DNA of 64,000 bases from Perkinsus chesapeaki ATCC PRA-425 (lineage: Eukaryota > Protista > Perkinsozoa): positions 24,182-88,181 of the forward strand of contig JAAPAO010000081.1 in the NCBI GenBank assembly GCA_013115145.1, in the 5' to 3' direction. The number at the start of each line of letters is the position of its first letter. Within the stretch, counting starts at the first letter, position 1. The notes below the pieces were generated by a model, which was not told the DNA's origin, searched no databases, and saw only the letters and a list, made by a program, of their open reading frames with translations. Of this stretch, positions 37,811 through 52,446 are shown in pieces. The position numbers and the translations under genes were made by a program.

Positions 37811-39982
37811 ATGACCTCGACAGGTCGTCGGCAATCCTCTAGTCTTTGGTGTGATGTATTGCGGTGGATATTCCTGCCCTTAAGAGAGGCGTTCTCTCTC
37901 CAGTTCATAGCAGCCGCAGTGTGGCTCTTCGTCTGCTCGGTTTGGAATTGCATGGTAACATGAGCTTAAGCTCTCTTATAGCAAAAGCCTCATCAGGTGC
38001 AAGTCTATATCGACAGGCTCTACGCACAGCAACACTTCGGCGATAGACAATGGGAGCCTCTTCCCGACATCGGGTTCGCCTTATTGCCTTACATTAAGGT
38101 AACCCTCATTGGAGACGCGTATCTTAGGTTGCTCCGTGATTTAGGAACCTCACCTAGCGGATCAATGGCAAACTTTTATCCTTGGGAGCACTTTTGTATC
38201 ATTCATGCTGTTACATCCCCAAAGGTAAGCTCACCAGCTCTATTTAACCGGAGTCCCCTTGCCTTCAGAATCAAGATCATTAAACGTTTCTGTGCTGTAC
38301 AAGGATCAGTTTTTCTTTTAAGGAGCATCACAATAGGGGTGAGTCGGACAACTCACGGTGAATATGAAATACGGAAAGTGTCGGCTCTGGGCGGCTGGCT
38401 TCCGAATTAAGCCCACCAGGGAGTCAATCTTCGGTCCTCCTCAAAGTGACAGGGCGAGTCGTCGAAGATCAGTGAAGAGGCAAAGGCATCTGACGAAATA
38501 TCCCTTTACTGGAAAGCCTCTGATGCCGAGCAGTCATGAATTTAGTGTCGGCGACTTCCTTTGGTGTTGGTTTCCCCGTTGTATTTCTCGTACGATTTGT
38601 ATCATCGTCGCGAAAGTGGTTCCTGCTATGACGCTCTCGAAACACTGTTCACCGTCCCTTCAGGCAACCCTATTGCCCAATCCATATAGCCACTGTGTAA
38701 ATGAGCATCGACACGACGAGAACGTCGTCCTCGAGGCCCTAGCGGTGATGGGAGGAACGCGTGCAACTTGCGGTGATGTCCTATTCAGCGGTAGTGTGCC
38801 CCAGGCCAGGTGGCAGTGTAATGGGTCCTCAGGACATGCTGCCAATATAACCATTATGGAGCTCATTTGGAACGAGTATTGCCGTTACTTCCTCCCACCA
38901 CGGGCGTATGTCACTGTAAGATCAACTGGCATGTGGAATGCTAAACGAAGGACAGGGTGAGTGGGAGAAGGGGCACGGTGGTGGCACAGTCTCGCTATGT
39001 CTGCCCTGTACCGGCAATATCCATCACGGAGCGCGCCGTTCACGCTGAAAGCATTAAAGTTGACAAGTACCGATCAGGTTCAATCGTGACTACCTGGCGT
39101 GTGCCGCGTGGCTGATGGGCTACTTCTTGCCTAAAGTTCTCTGCCCAATTTTGGCTCTCGTTGGCTACCTGGTAAGCCTCCACCTTAACGTTGTCCTATC
39201 TACCCCTTTGTAGATTGTCATTTCCACTCACTTTCATTACACTGTCGATGTTCTTGTAGGGATATTTGTGGCCAGTAAAATGTGGCGACTTTACCATATG
39301 TAATATCGGGAATGATTTATCGCCTCTGCTGCTCGGCAGTGACCCTAGTTCCTATCTTACAGCTGTAGGTTGCTGCTGCCATGGGCTGAGGCAGCCATGC
39401 TAGATTTGTATTGGTGCCAATAATACTGCTTGTCAGTGGGAGGCAAATACCTGGCTAGGCGTCAACACACGTCCAGTAGACTTATTTACAAAAATTTGGC
39501 GCACGTTGAACATACTATGAGCAGACTATGTTCTCGGTCAAAAATCCGGCGTCTTCACTTGTTGAGGTTCGGGCGGAGTGCTCTACAGGTCTATGGCATT
39601 GGGGTCAATTATTGCTCGGAGATGGGAAGGCCATTTTCTGGGCTGGCTCTCGATAGATTTTTCATTGGTTAAATATTGGATATTTGGGAGTTCTTCTTGG
39701 GCGCCGTTTTGGGATAGATGTGAACGGTGGACGGTCAATAATCGTTTAGGGAGAAGGACGTGGCGATACTGGCTGATTTTAATGTCATTAAGGTACGTTC
39801 GTTCGCCCAAGCTTCTCCTTAAAGCGCCTCTCCTACGGTGGTTTGAAGAGCGTACAGTGGCGGACCTACAGGAGGCTACTTCGGAATTAAGGCGACTGCG
39901 AAAGCGGAGGAAACGTGGTATCTTTGGGGATGGTGATGGCGGGGCATCCACAAGTACAGCTGCCACAGCCAGCGACAGGTAG
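37811..39982 (+). CDS. Sphingomyelin/IPC synthase-like phosphotransferase (SMS family), multi-exon
   Basis: PLPDIGF; RSITI..TLLPNP..C; CGDVLFSGH; HFHYTVDV (at ~39225-39250) match the SMS D1-D4 motifs. Confidence 0.85.
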
Positions 39983-40330
39983 TTTAAGCGCGCTTAGGGA
40001 GGGTGGCAGTACGCCGTTGTAGCAGGTTCCGTAGCGTAATGGCGGCTCGTCGGCTCGATTGGTCCAGTAGCGGCGAGTCCACTTCTAGTGGTAGATGTTC
40101 CTGTGCGTCCTCTATGCCCCCTGTAGCTCGCCGCCGCCATAGACCCCTAGTGCGGGACTCGTCGGCCTGTTACGCGTGCGGTGGTGTGCGCTCGCCTGAG
40201 AGATCTGAGCAGGGCGTTGCTGCCGCGAACAGCACTAGTGCGGGTATCTGAAGCTTGGTCTCGGTTTTTGACTCAGTGTACATTACTGTGTATTCTTTCT
40301 GCGCTGGAAGGCTGGCTTACTGCCGCCCCG

Positions 40331-43300
40331 ATGAGCGGCTTGGCAGCCGACAGCGGTGCTTAGATTATTATCAGTCTGTCTCTCCTCGATTGCATGTTGC
40401 GTTTGGAGTCGGCAATGTCCCGTGAGGATTCAGTTCAGTAGTTTTTCAACGACCGTTGGATGCTTTATCGTGGGTCAACCAGCGTCCACCAGCGCCCGGA
40501 CTATGGGGACTCCTACGGTAGACCAAGTCGGCGTTTCGGTGGTGGCGGTGGACGTCCCGCAGCAACCGGACATGGGAAAGGGGGGAAGGGATACGTTGGT
40601 GATGGTCGCCCTGGCAGTGGGGACCATGAACTGGTAGTAATGTCAACGCAGGTTGGACAGTTTGGAATTCATTTAAAAGCCGAAACTTGGCAGCTATAGT
40701 GGCATGCGCATGGATATATATCGGACAACTTGGAGGCGACTACTCGGCCATGGAGGAACAACGCATTTTCCCAGGACGTTGAAGTTCCGGCAACTCACTT
40801 TGCATCGGGCGTGCCGTTTTAGCTAGAAAAATGGGTTTTGCTGGACACGGTTTTTGGGCCGTTTCGGCGGCCACGTGATAGAATGCGGACTGGGGACGAT
40901 GCGGCTGGGATTCAGACTCTCTGCGTTCTGTTGTGGATCTCCAGCAATCTCGTTGTTGTCTTCAGACAACAGCCACAAATGATAACCTAGAAGGGCATTA
41001 TCTCGCGTGCATTGCAGCCTTCAAGAACCAGGACCCAGTGGCTATTTCGGCAGCAGTGGACTGGCTCAACGACAGAGGCTCTGGCAAAGTGGGCACAGTT
41101 GCGGTAGTGGATCTACGTTCGGTGAAGTAGTTGGTAGCGCTGATGTCGCTTGCTCAGGCACCGTTGTTGAGTACAGGAGGCCTCAGCTTCCTCTCTGTTC
41201 ACTCGCCCCATGAGGCTATGAGTCTGCTTACGTATGGCATCATGATCGGCGAAAATCAGCCTGGGTGCCGCTGGGCGGCCACCTGGGCCCTGGACGCCGT
41301 GGGACCATATTACAACAGTTTGTGGCAGCCGCTGGTAGGCAATTTCGTGGCGCGTGAAGAAGAATCAAGAAGTCTTGTTAGGATCGTCAGCGTAGCTCTG
41401 AGAGGCAGGAGACTGTATGGGGCTTCATAGACTGCAGGTTGAAGAAGGACGAGTTCGGCACGAGCGAGGGATCCGCCGTGGTTGATCTGGCCGTCACCAT
41501 CGCTCAGGTAGAGCCTCTCTTAGCCTGTCTTCGCAACACTCTTTTTCAGTACCTGGATCTCTGCCGGAAACGTCATCAAATTCCTTCCCAGGCTGACGAT
41601 GTCGGTATGTACTTTGTAAGCCAGCGGCTGTACAGGAGGGTTTGGGCCATTCTGCAGGGAGTAGGATGGCCTGCAGGGATTCCCGCCTGGTACGTTTCGC
41701 TTCGCCTCAGGAAAGCTCGATGTCAAATGGTGCGGTGAGAACGGCCATGAAGGTGCTGAAGGCCTTCTCTTTGAGCACTAAAGGCATTAAAACCATAGGG
41801 GTGAGCGCGGTTGGTTGCTGTTGGATTTTCGAGGCCCCTCTGCTAGGCGTCAGTCGACAGTCTTGTGCGCATGCTGGTGGAGTGGACAATGCACGCGTCC
41901 GCTCATAAAGATGACCTCGAGTTGGCCGTGTCGATTCTCCAGAATCTTCGCCCAGCTTTGGGGAGCAGCAGCCTGATGGACATCGTGTCGAAGTACACTG
42001 ACGATCTGTCGAAGGCGATGGCGGAGCGGGAAGGATTTGATCCCGAAAACCCTCTAGAAGGCAATTACAGGTAGGAAGCTCGGAGACCATCGCAAGTCCT
42101 GGTATGACCTGGTTTAGGCATCACCAGCAGTTCAGCAAGGCCTACCGTCTTTCCCGGCTCCTGGCCGTCTTGACGCCTCCTCGAGGGCTCGACCAACTGT
42201 TGGCTGTCTCGCCGTTGTCAGCGTATGGCTGGGTCCACTTGTCGGCTATGCAGATCAAACAGTGGCAACCGGCATCGGCCCAGCACTTGGAGGCAACGGT
42301 CTCCGCGTTCCTTCTGGCCTGCAAGCAGCTCGGTGTGGCGTCTAAGGACGGCGATATCGATGGTATACATGCCTCTATGAACGTGTGTTTGGAGGTGGCC
42401 ACTGCCATAGGGGAGATGAGAGCAAGGATGAAGGAGAAGCAGAGTCAGCATAACCAGCCTTGGGTCACCCATATGGTCTCTGTCTTCCTCCAAGCGGTGG
42501 CCGCTATCGATCCGAACCTGCTAGTGGCGCCCGACATCTACCTTGCTCGTGCGCGCGTTCTCCGGGAGCTCAATGCCGACGGCGGAAAGTCCGCATTGGT
42601 GAGGGGCAAGTTCGGGCCTGAGGAGAAGGCGCTATTCGGCATGCACCTGACGCAGGCTGATGCCAAGGTGGTGGCAAACAAGTCCACATCAACGAGCCCA
42701 CCAGCGCTGGTCCCGGCCATTTCCAGCCAGGCCGTCGACTGGATCTTCAGAGGTCTTCTCCCCAAGGCCGTGATGGAGCCCTACCTCCTGTTGACCTGTG
42801 TAGCTGGTCGTACAGGCGTGGGTGCCAGCATGCACCACAGTGCCCTGGTTAAGGTCCTTCAAAAGCTGGATGACATGCGTGCCTTGCCCGAAATAGAGTC
42901 CCTGGTTACCAGTGTGATTCGAGGGGCCGGGGAGGACTTCAGTACGTGGCAGGTGGGCGCCTTGGCCAGCCTCCTGCATGGTTTCGAAGTCTACTCTGTC
43001 CTCATCTTCGAGAAGTTCCAGCGAGACAACCCAGTGTTCCTGCTATTCTCGCGTAATCGTCAGCAGCTGGAGCTCTGGCTGGCCCGTCTGAGGACGAGCG
43101 TCGTGTACTGTATGTGTCGGACATGGCCGGATATCCATGGTCGCTTCGCCGATGTGAAGAGCGGTCTGGTTTGTGAAGGCATAGCTAGCTCGGAGATTGA
43201 CACCAAGGCTGATTTGGCGGAACTGTTAAAGTGTGTGGCATTGCAGGGGCAGCCAAGGCCCAGTGAAAGCACAATAGGGGCTATCATGAACCTGGCGGAT

Positions 43301-46300
43301 AGCAAGGTGGACGGCCAGCACTTGCTCCCGGGTCTAGAGAGAAGTCTGATCAAGTTCCACGTAGAGGACCGTCCGATGTCGGTGTGTGGCCTTTGCGAAT
43401 CCGTTGGTCTAGTGGCGTTCGATCCCGAGTGCCGAGACCTGGTGCTGGGTATTTGGATGAAGGCCGCTGTTATGTGCGATAGGGTCGCCTATTGGCCCTT
43501 CGAAGATGCTATGGCCGGTGGAGGAATGCTAGCCGAGCAACAGAAGGCCGCGGGCCTCCTCTCGACGTGGCAGCAGACCATGACTCGGGGAATAGGTCCT
43601 GGCAAGCCTATCGGCTTTGCAGACGCCACGACCTCCGACGTGGAGGCTTCCTACGCTGCGATGCTCCAGATAGGTCTCCTGCCGAATGGGCCAGGCACTC
43701 GAGAAATCTTTGAGGCCACAGTGGGGCAGTGGGAGAATCAGGACGAGATAGCGATGATCCTGTCGGACGTTCCTCCGTTGACAATATCTCCGCAAAATGG
43801 CGATTTGGATCTTTACCGAGTTGACCTGCAAAGGCGGCGGAATGGTGATGATGCTGCTAGAGAGCTGTATGCTTTGACTATCGGAGAGGACCCCACACTG
43901 TCGGTTGGGATGACCCCGGCGAGGCTTGCGATGTTCCTGAGGCTGCAGTCTGATACCTCTGTCCTTCCCCTGAATATCGTAGACCACGCCGTCAATACAG
44001 CGCTAGCCTTTAACACGATCCCACACAGTGACCTGGTTCTCACGGAGCTCTCGAGGCACCCCAGTATGGTACAGAGACTGATACATGTCGCAGCCAGCGC
44101 TGGTGTGCCCGCGCCGCCAAAGAGCGGCCAGACTTACTACCGCCATTGGTTGCTGGACCTTGGTGTTCGGGTTTGGGCCACGGCCGGCAGTCCGGAAGCG
44201 GCAGCGGAGCCCAGAAGAACTTTCGCCGAGTACCTCTTCCATCAGCACACTTTGGACCCCACTGTCGATGAGGTACCGGATCAGCTATGCATCAGCAATT
44301 ACGAGGAGTACGTCAAGACGGAGGCATTCCAGCTTTACAAGACGCCAACAGAGAAAGATAGCATCCTGTTGAAGCTGCTCTCCCTCGGCATGGATCCTCG
44401 CCTCTCGGACGAGCTTCCATGCTCGCTGTGGATTCCACTGGCACATCAGATCGCAAGCTACTTACGCGACCACAGACCGCGGTGCAGAACATTCGCCCAG
44501 GCCGTGTGGGACAAACTGTGTAAAGAAGAGCCTCTACGCGTTATATGGTTGGCCCTCTCGCTGGCCGGTCCAGTGGGCAAGACAGACCCGCCTCCTCATC
44601 TTGTTCCGGACAGTGCTATCCTGGAGCCGTTGAGGGTTTATCATCCCGACTTGGTGGCCAAGGCCGATTCCCTCCGTCATGCGCTGAGGGTCCTCAGTTG
44701 GTCATTCGAGGATTCGGCGGCAAGGGTGGCTCAGTGGGCGATATCCAGCGCAGATCCGAACAAGCTGCGTGCAGTGCTCCTCAGCCTTGGTGACGAGGAT
44801 TCTATAGCCCAGGTTTTCGGGGATGAATGCCATCCAGATGCCCGGTACACTAAAGCTGCTCAAGCTCTACAAGCACACATTGCTAAAAAGATACGAGATT
44901 TGCGAAGAGGTCGCTGTGAGGCCGTTGATGTGTGTAAATCTATCGTGGACTGGGCCAATGGGAGCCGCCACTCGGTACAGGTTTTGACAAAGCGTGGAGC
45001 ATCTCAGGGCTCCCAAGGGATCAGGATGGTCGAGGACTTGGCCCCTGGTCTGGTCTCCATGGATCTCACGGGCCTCAGTTTTGAAGGCGTCCCAGTGCAG
45101 AGGGTCGCTGCCAAGGTGCAATGTATGACTACTAAGAGCAGGCCTAAGAGAGTAGCCTTCGACTCTCCTGATGGCAGACGCTTCGACTTTCTCCTCAAAG
45201 GGGCTGATGACGTCCGCAACGACGCCTTGGTCATGCAGGTGATTCGAGCTTGCGGTGACATGCTGGACTCTGAGGCTCTCATGTGTGCCCAGCGCAGTGA
45301 AAGTGAACAGCTCTTCAAAACGTATGATGCCATTCCGTTGGCTCCGCGATGCGGCATGGTCCGGTGGGTACATGAGCTCACGAGCCTCATACAAATGGCA
45401 AAGCACCAGCCGAACTTCCGGGAACACGACATGCTTGAGTGGCGGAGGCTCACGTTCGAGGCTCTCAAGAATGCCGGTATCAATCCGAGCAAAACGCCTC
45501 GGAAGCACTGGGACCAGGGTATCCTGCTCCAGGTGTGGAGGACGCTACGGGCGCGCCGACAGAGTGAGACGGGTGATGGCTTCATTCGCACGGAACTGGT
45601 ACTCCAAGCCGGATCGCCGAAGCAGCTGTTCGCTGCTTATAGAAGATTTGCTGCCTCCATGGCAATCAACTCTGCGGCTTCAGTGTTCGCTGGTATGGGC
45701 GATCGGCACCTTGAAAATATCAGCATTCACAGGCCTACCGGCGCTATTGTTCACATTGATTTCTCCGTCTCCTTCCACAAGGGCAGAAGGCTCAAGGTGC
45801 CGGAGCGTGTGCCTATGAGGCTCACAGCTGGCCTCTGCAGCGTGCTGCAAAGCACACCGGGAGAGTTCCGAAGGTTGATGAGGGACTTGGTCGAGAAGGC
45901 CAGATGGAATGCCAACACCCGTCTCGTCGATGGTGATGACCTAGAAGAGCGATACAAGTATCTGATACCGCGCATACTGGGAACGGTCCTGCGGCTGCCC
46001 CTGGTTGAATGGTCCGCGGTACAGCTACTACCATCATTGGTCTCCCTCAGACCAGAAGACCGTTTGCCTAAGTGCTTATCTGTATTGGTTGCCAGCCTTA
46101 AGGATCGGGCGAGCGAGGTCGGCAACGCTGCTCTTGCCACGATTGCTGGCTCGGAGCTTATTAGCCTCACCGGTTCAGAACTGTTGGTTGCCGAAGAACT
46201 GATCGATGACCTAAACCACCGCCGAATGCTAGATGGTGGTGTTGGCCTTTGCCTCCTAATGCAGGCCTTCGACAAGCACGGCTGGTTCCGAAACGGCTTG

Positions 46301-49300
46301 GCTGGCCCGGAGGTTCTCCTCGGAGATCTTCTCACAACCGGGGAAGGTGCGATAAAGGAAACTGTATGTCCCGGTGCTGAGAGCGCCGGGAAAGTTGTTG
46401 AGAGACTGCAAGACACAACAGCAAAGTTCGAAACCGTAAGCTAGACGCGCTCTTGCTCAGTGGTAGGGTACCTGTTCGTGCCAGGGACCAGCGGCCGATA
46501 ATGCGTCGGACGCTGGGGAGATCCAAGAGTGGCTATCAAAACAGCCTCCTGTGTCCTCGTCAACCTCGGGGAACCGATACAGATCACGCCGATCGGCCTT
46601 TGCAGAGGACCGTGAACGTTTGAGATTAGCTGGCCTTTGTTTCTATGCAAAACTGCCAAATGCTTGGCAATGGCTTGGCTACGTTTCGTCACAGGTGAGC
46701 TACTGCATCTCTGGTGCCCTCCATTTCATCCCCTGCAGGTGACGGCTTTGAACTCTTATCGCATACCAGCATCCCATAACGAGGCCTGGAACAGGATGCT
46801 AGCAGCACTCGGACGGGTTGAATCTATGCTATATGCTGATGCAGATCTGAGGCTCTCTGGAGGGTAAGAAAACCTGGCTATACCTCGGTGCATCACCGGC
46901 CAATGATTTCCTCGGTCGCGGTATTCGCGCGGCTCGTAGTCTTGCGGAAATTAAGATGCGCTCCGAGAAAACCGACATGTGGTTGGTCATGAACCCATTC
47001 GGTTCAGCATAACCCATCTCCGGTATTTGATGCCGAGAGACGCAATCGAACGATTCTGATTCTCAGCTATCAGCTATCAGATCTTCACTCTAAAATCTGT
47101 GTTCCTGTCCGACGAAAAACTAGCTCGTCGATCTTACTTATCAGGCTTCTCTATCCCGTCACGTACGGCGAGAAACTGGATCACTTTGGCTTCCCAACCC
47201 TGGATGATTATACTACGGACTCTCTCTTTGATCCTTCTCAGTGCATAGTAGATTCGGAGGTCGAGGTGAGTGCTTACGATGACTACAATAACTCAGGACC
47301 TGATGATTTTAGGGTATGTTTGAACGGAGCTGCGACATTCTCACTGGCATGGTCGAAGGCACAGACGAGCTCGCTGATAAGGCGATGGCGGCCTCGTCCT
47401 CGACACGTTGGAGTCGGGAGGATGCGAAGGTCCTTTCAACACTTAGCAACTTGCACGATCTCATGCTTCCTTCATCGACGCCGAAGGTGAGGCCCCAGAT
47501 GCATGAGCGATGACATGTCGGAGAGCATATGTGGAGCTCTTTCTGCAGGGAACAGCTGTGTATGTCAGGCTCTGGCAGTTCTCCACACAGACGTTGAGAA
47601 TCTCAGCAAGGCCCTGGGGGCTGCGGCTAGAGAAGAGAGCGAGAGGAAAGATGCGTCGCACATTTTGGTAGGGACCAGCCGTCTCTGAGTGACCCTCTCA
47701 ATCGGCTCTCCGATTAGGCCCGTGTACGACATAACTTGGTTGCGATTAACCGAAAGCTTGACCGCTTTGTCGCGAAGGCTCCAGTTGTCGGGAACAGCGG
47801 GCTTTGGCAAGCGATCGAGGAGGCCGAGGCGGAGACGAGCAAGACGCTCGGGCTCGTGGGGAATGATAAAACTGACCCGCTCACACTAGAAGTCAGACTG
47901 CTCCAGTTCCGGGTGAACGCCCTATGTGGTGGCATTTCTCCTTCATTGGAGATCGACAGGCTCTATGCCCTGCAGACACTTTCGAGGTGACCTTCCAGCG
48001 GTGTGCTAGTGCCATCGAAACTTCAGGTTTGTCCTGATTCCGACATTGCGGGCCCGTCTGTGTGGTGCCTTTGGTTTTTCAATCTCGGCAGCCCAACGCG
48101 CTGAGCCAAAGTCGGCTAGGGCGGTTCGGGAGGAAGCCGATGCATCCCCGGCTGAAGCCAAGGCCATGGCCAAGGAATGGGCGATGAACGAAATTGCTCG
48201 ACGAGCTCGGGCGGTTATGAAGGTGACGGCAGCAGCCTGCAGTGAGCTTTCAGGGAGCTCTATCAGGTTCCAAAAGATACACAGCGTGCTCTTGCCGAGT
48301 TGCGAAAGGTCAGAGCCGAGATTGCCTCGGTCGGAAGTGAAACTGATGAGTCCCTCCCGCCGCCGGTGAAAGAGGCATGTCAGTCTATAGAGGATTACCT
48401 GTACAAAGCGAGGCAGCTGTTGCCAAGCGGCTCGGCCAAGGCGCTGAAGCTGAGCTATGCACCACTGGTGGCTTCTATTAATGAAGTTGCTATCACTGTT
48501 GGAGCCGCCGACTTCGACCACGCTATTGTCGACGACTGTGTCCAACTCCGGCGTCTTCTGGCGAAGGACTGCGAAGGAGATGATATGGAGATCTTTGGTC
48601 GTGTTTTGGGCTTGTTCGGCAGGCTTGGGGTACATATACCTGTTAAGAGGGAGCCGAAGAAGAATGACGAGTTACCGGAAGGGGGAACTGAGAAGTAGGT
48701 TCTAAACCACATCCTCCCTGCAATGAGGATTTTTAGGACACTAGTTCCACCGAATAGTGACGGCGGGGAGCAGGGTTCGAGTGCGGTTCCGGGACCGTCC
48801 GCTGCTAGCGATGATGATGAGGTTGATGAAGACGATGAGATAGAGGATGATTCTGACATCGACACTATGGTAAATGCTGCTCCGGCAGTTCGGACCCAGT
48901 TAGCGCAGGTAATGGCGACCTGAAAGATGGACATTTACAGTGCGTGTTTAGGAGGCCTCAGCAAGCGGCACCCTGGCATCTCCGAGCGAGAACAGCCACC
49001 AGAGCGAGGAGGCCGGATCGGAGGAGCCTCCGACGATGATCGCGAGCGCTGCATTACCCGAGACCGACAACGATGATCCTGTCGCGGCCTTGGCTATGCA
49101 AGTTGCCAAGTACGCGAGAATCATCAAACATACCATACTTCCTTTACCTTTTAGGCCAGTAAGCTCCCAGTCGCCGCTTCCTAACAGTACTGCTGTAGAA
49201 AAGAGCTATCGTCACAACCTGGTGCTATCTCGCATATTTGACAGCGATTTACCGCTCCGTGCATCGATTAGGGAATCAGGATCTTGTGAGTCACCGCATC

Positions 49301-49614
49301 GCGGCCTTCTCGTGTCACAATTCTCTTCTTCAGCCCCGCCTCCTGGTCTCGCATCGCCGTCTCAAGCGGCGCCTCTGGTTCGCTGGGAACATATGGCTTG
49401 GTCGGGTTCCATTGCCCTCTCAGCTGCCAGGCTTGTCCCTAATCCTGCTGATGCCGTCGGGACTATCCTTTCGAGTGAAGCTGTGAGCATTATCATCGTC
49501 GGCTACTCATTCCGTTTATAATAGGTCTTTCAGGTGGTGAACCAGTGGATATCTGAAGCCACAGATGAGGGCAGTTTATCGCGGATGTATGAGGGTTGGA
49601 CATCGTGGATATGA
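40331..49614 (+). CDS. SMG1: SMG1-like PI3K-related protein kinase (5' end approximate), with a ~4.3 kb central exon
   Basis: Kinase motifs TKSRPKR, FLLKGADDVRND, GMGDRHLENI, VHIDFSVSFHKGRRLKVPERVPMRLT; a long post-kinase insertion; terminal FATC NQWISEATDEGSLSRMYEGWTSWI-stop at 49612-49614. Confidence 0.8.
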
Positions 49615-50994
49615 TGAAGCTACTACCACTACCAATGCCAATAACAACATCACCAATCACCATTCCGCCGTCAACCCCGTTGCTAACGATTCTCGTCCGA
49701 GTTTATGCCTGTGGATTGCTGAAGTCTAATACTTAATGTTGCAGTCGATGCTAACAGCACCGTGACCACCAATCTCATACATCTTCTACTTGTTGCCGCT
49801 ACTAATAGTCTACCAATTATCTGCTAGTGTGAGAGGCCTCTTGCTCTATATATAGAGCCAGGGGTATCGTTGTTGTTAGTAGCAGTAAGCACGCGAGGTG
49901 GCGACAGGAATAGTAGCGGTTACATTATTATCCCGGCACGGTTCGGACCATTATCCTGTCCCGCGCATTTTGTGTGCTTTTGATATGTATACATAAGAAG
50001 GTATTTTCATTGATAGCCGCGGTACCTAACAGCCGCCCGCTGCCGTATAGCAGCGGCAGCAGCCAGCGCTCGAACTGTAGATGGTGAGGATCTCGACGCC
50101 TTGTTGTGTGTTGACCGACCTTATGTGTAGCTCTGCCAAAACTCAATATAGTAAGACTCTGTTTCAAAAAAGCATTATCTCGAAATGGTATGCGTTGTCA
50201 ATCTTGGGTCACTCGCTTGCGTATGCTGTGGACTCTAATGGTAACTGGTAGGGAAACTACCGAGAACACAAATGTGCAGTTTCAGATGATCTACGGGAGA
50301 CAAAAGAACGGCGTTTCAGGAACAGGCAAATGACGGCAGGTGGGTAGTAGTCTGAGCCGTTCTTGCCACCGGAATATTGCGCGAGCCCGATATACGGTAT
50401 CGCAACATCTATCAGGAACACCAGGCATCAGCGGCAGACTTGTCTATTCAGCGCTGAAGGCCACCCGTGGAGATACTCGGTTTTCGATTATTTCTTCCGC
50501 TCGGTTGGAACTTCCAACTTGGAAGCACCTCGCTTGCGTTGAGGAGAACCTCGTTGCACAGCTTGGGAAGCAGCTAGGTGAGAAAGAGTATGTTGGAAGA
50601 TGATAGGTTGGTGGCGATTTGAGAGGATATAACATATCTCGTCTTGAAACTTCTTCACCCAAATCGTACGCTTCTGGCCACCGCCGTATTATCAGGCATA
50701 TTGTTATTGACTTCACTTTCAACACTAGCACTCTTCAATACCAGAAAATCATTTCTTGGGAATGAACTTATCTGGTTTAAAAGATTGGGACAACTCCCGA
50801 GACTTATAACACATTGTGGAACCCTTCAATGAGAACGGCATATATGCGAACTGATAGATAACAATTACATGGCCCGTAGTGTGGGCGAAGCCCATTGTGC
50901 ACGGGATAAGCAGGGTCTAGTGGCTATCTGAAGCCACCGACGACTATACAACAAGGGTCCCCTGTCAAGGGTAACCGGAAACTGATTCATGAGA

Positions 50995-52446
<1,452 letters not shown>

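Noticed and set aside
37700-37821. tRNA-like sequence on the minus strand (GGTTCGATCCCGG followed by TTTTT)
   Set aside because: The T-stem pairs poorly, there is no D-arm or anticodon arm, and it overlaps the start of the SMS-like gene. At most a B-box-like relic.
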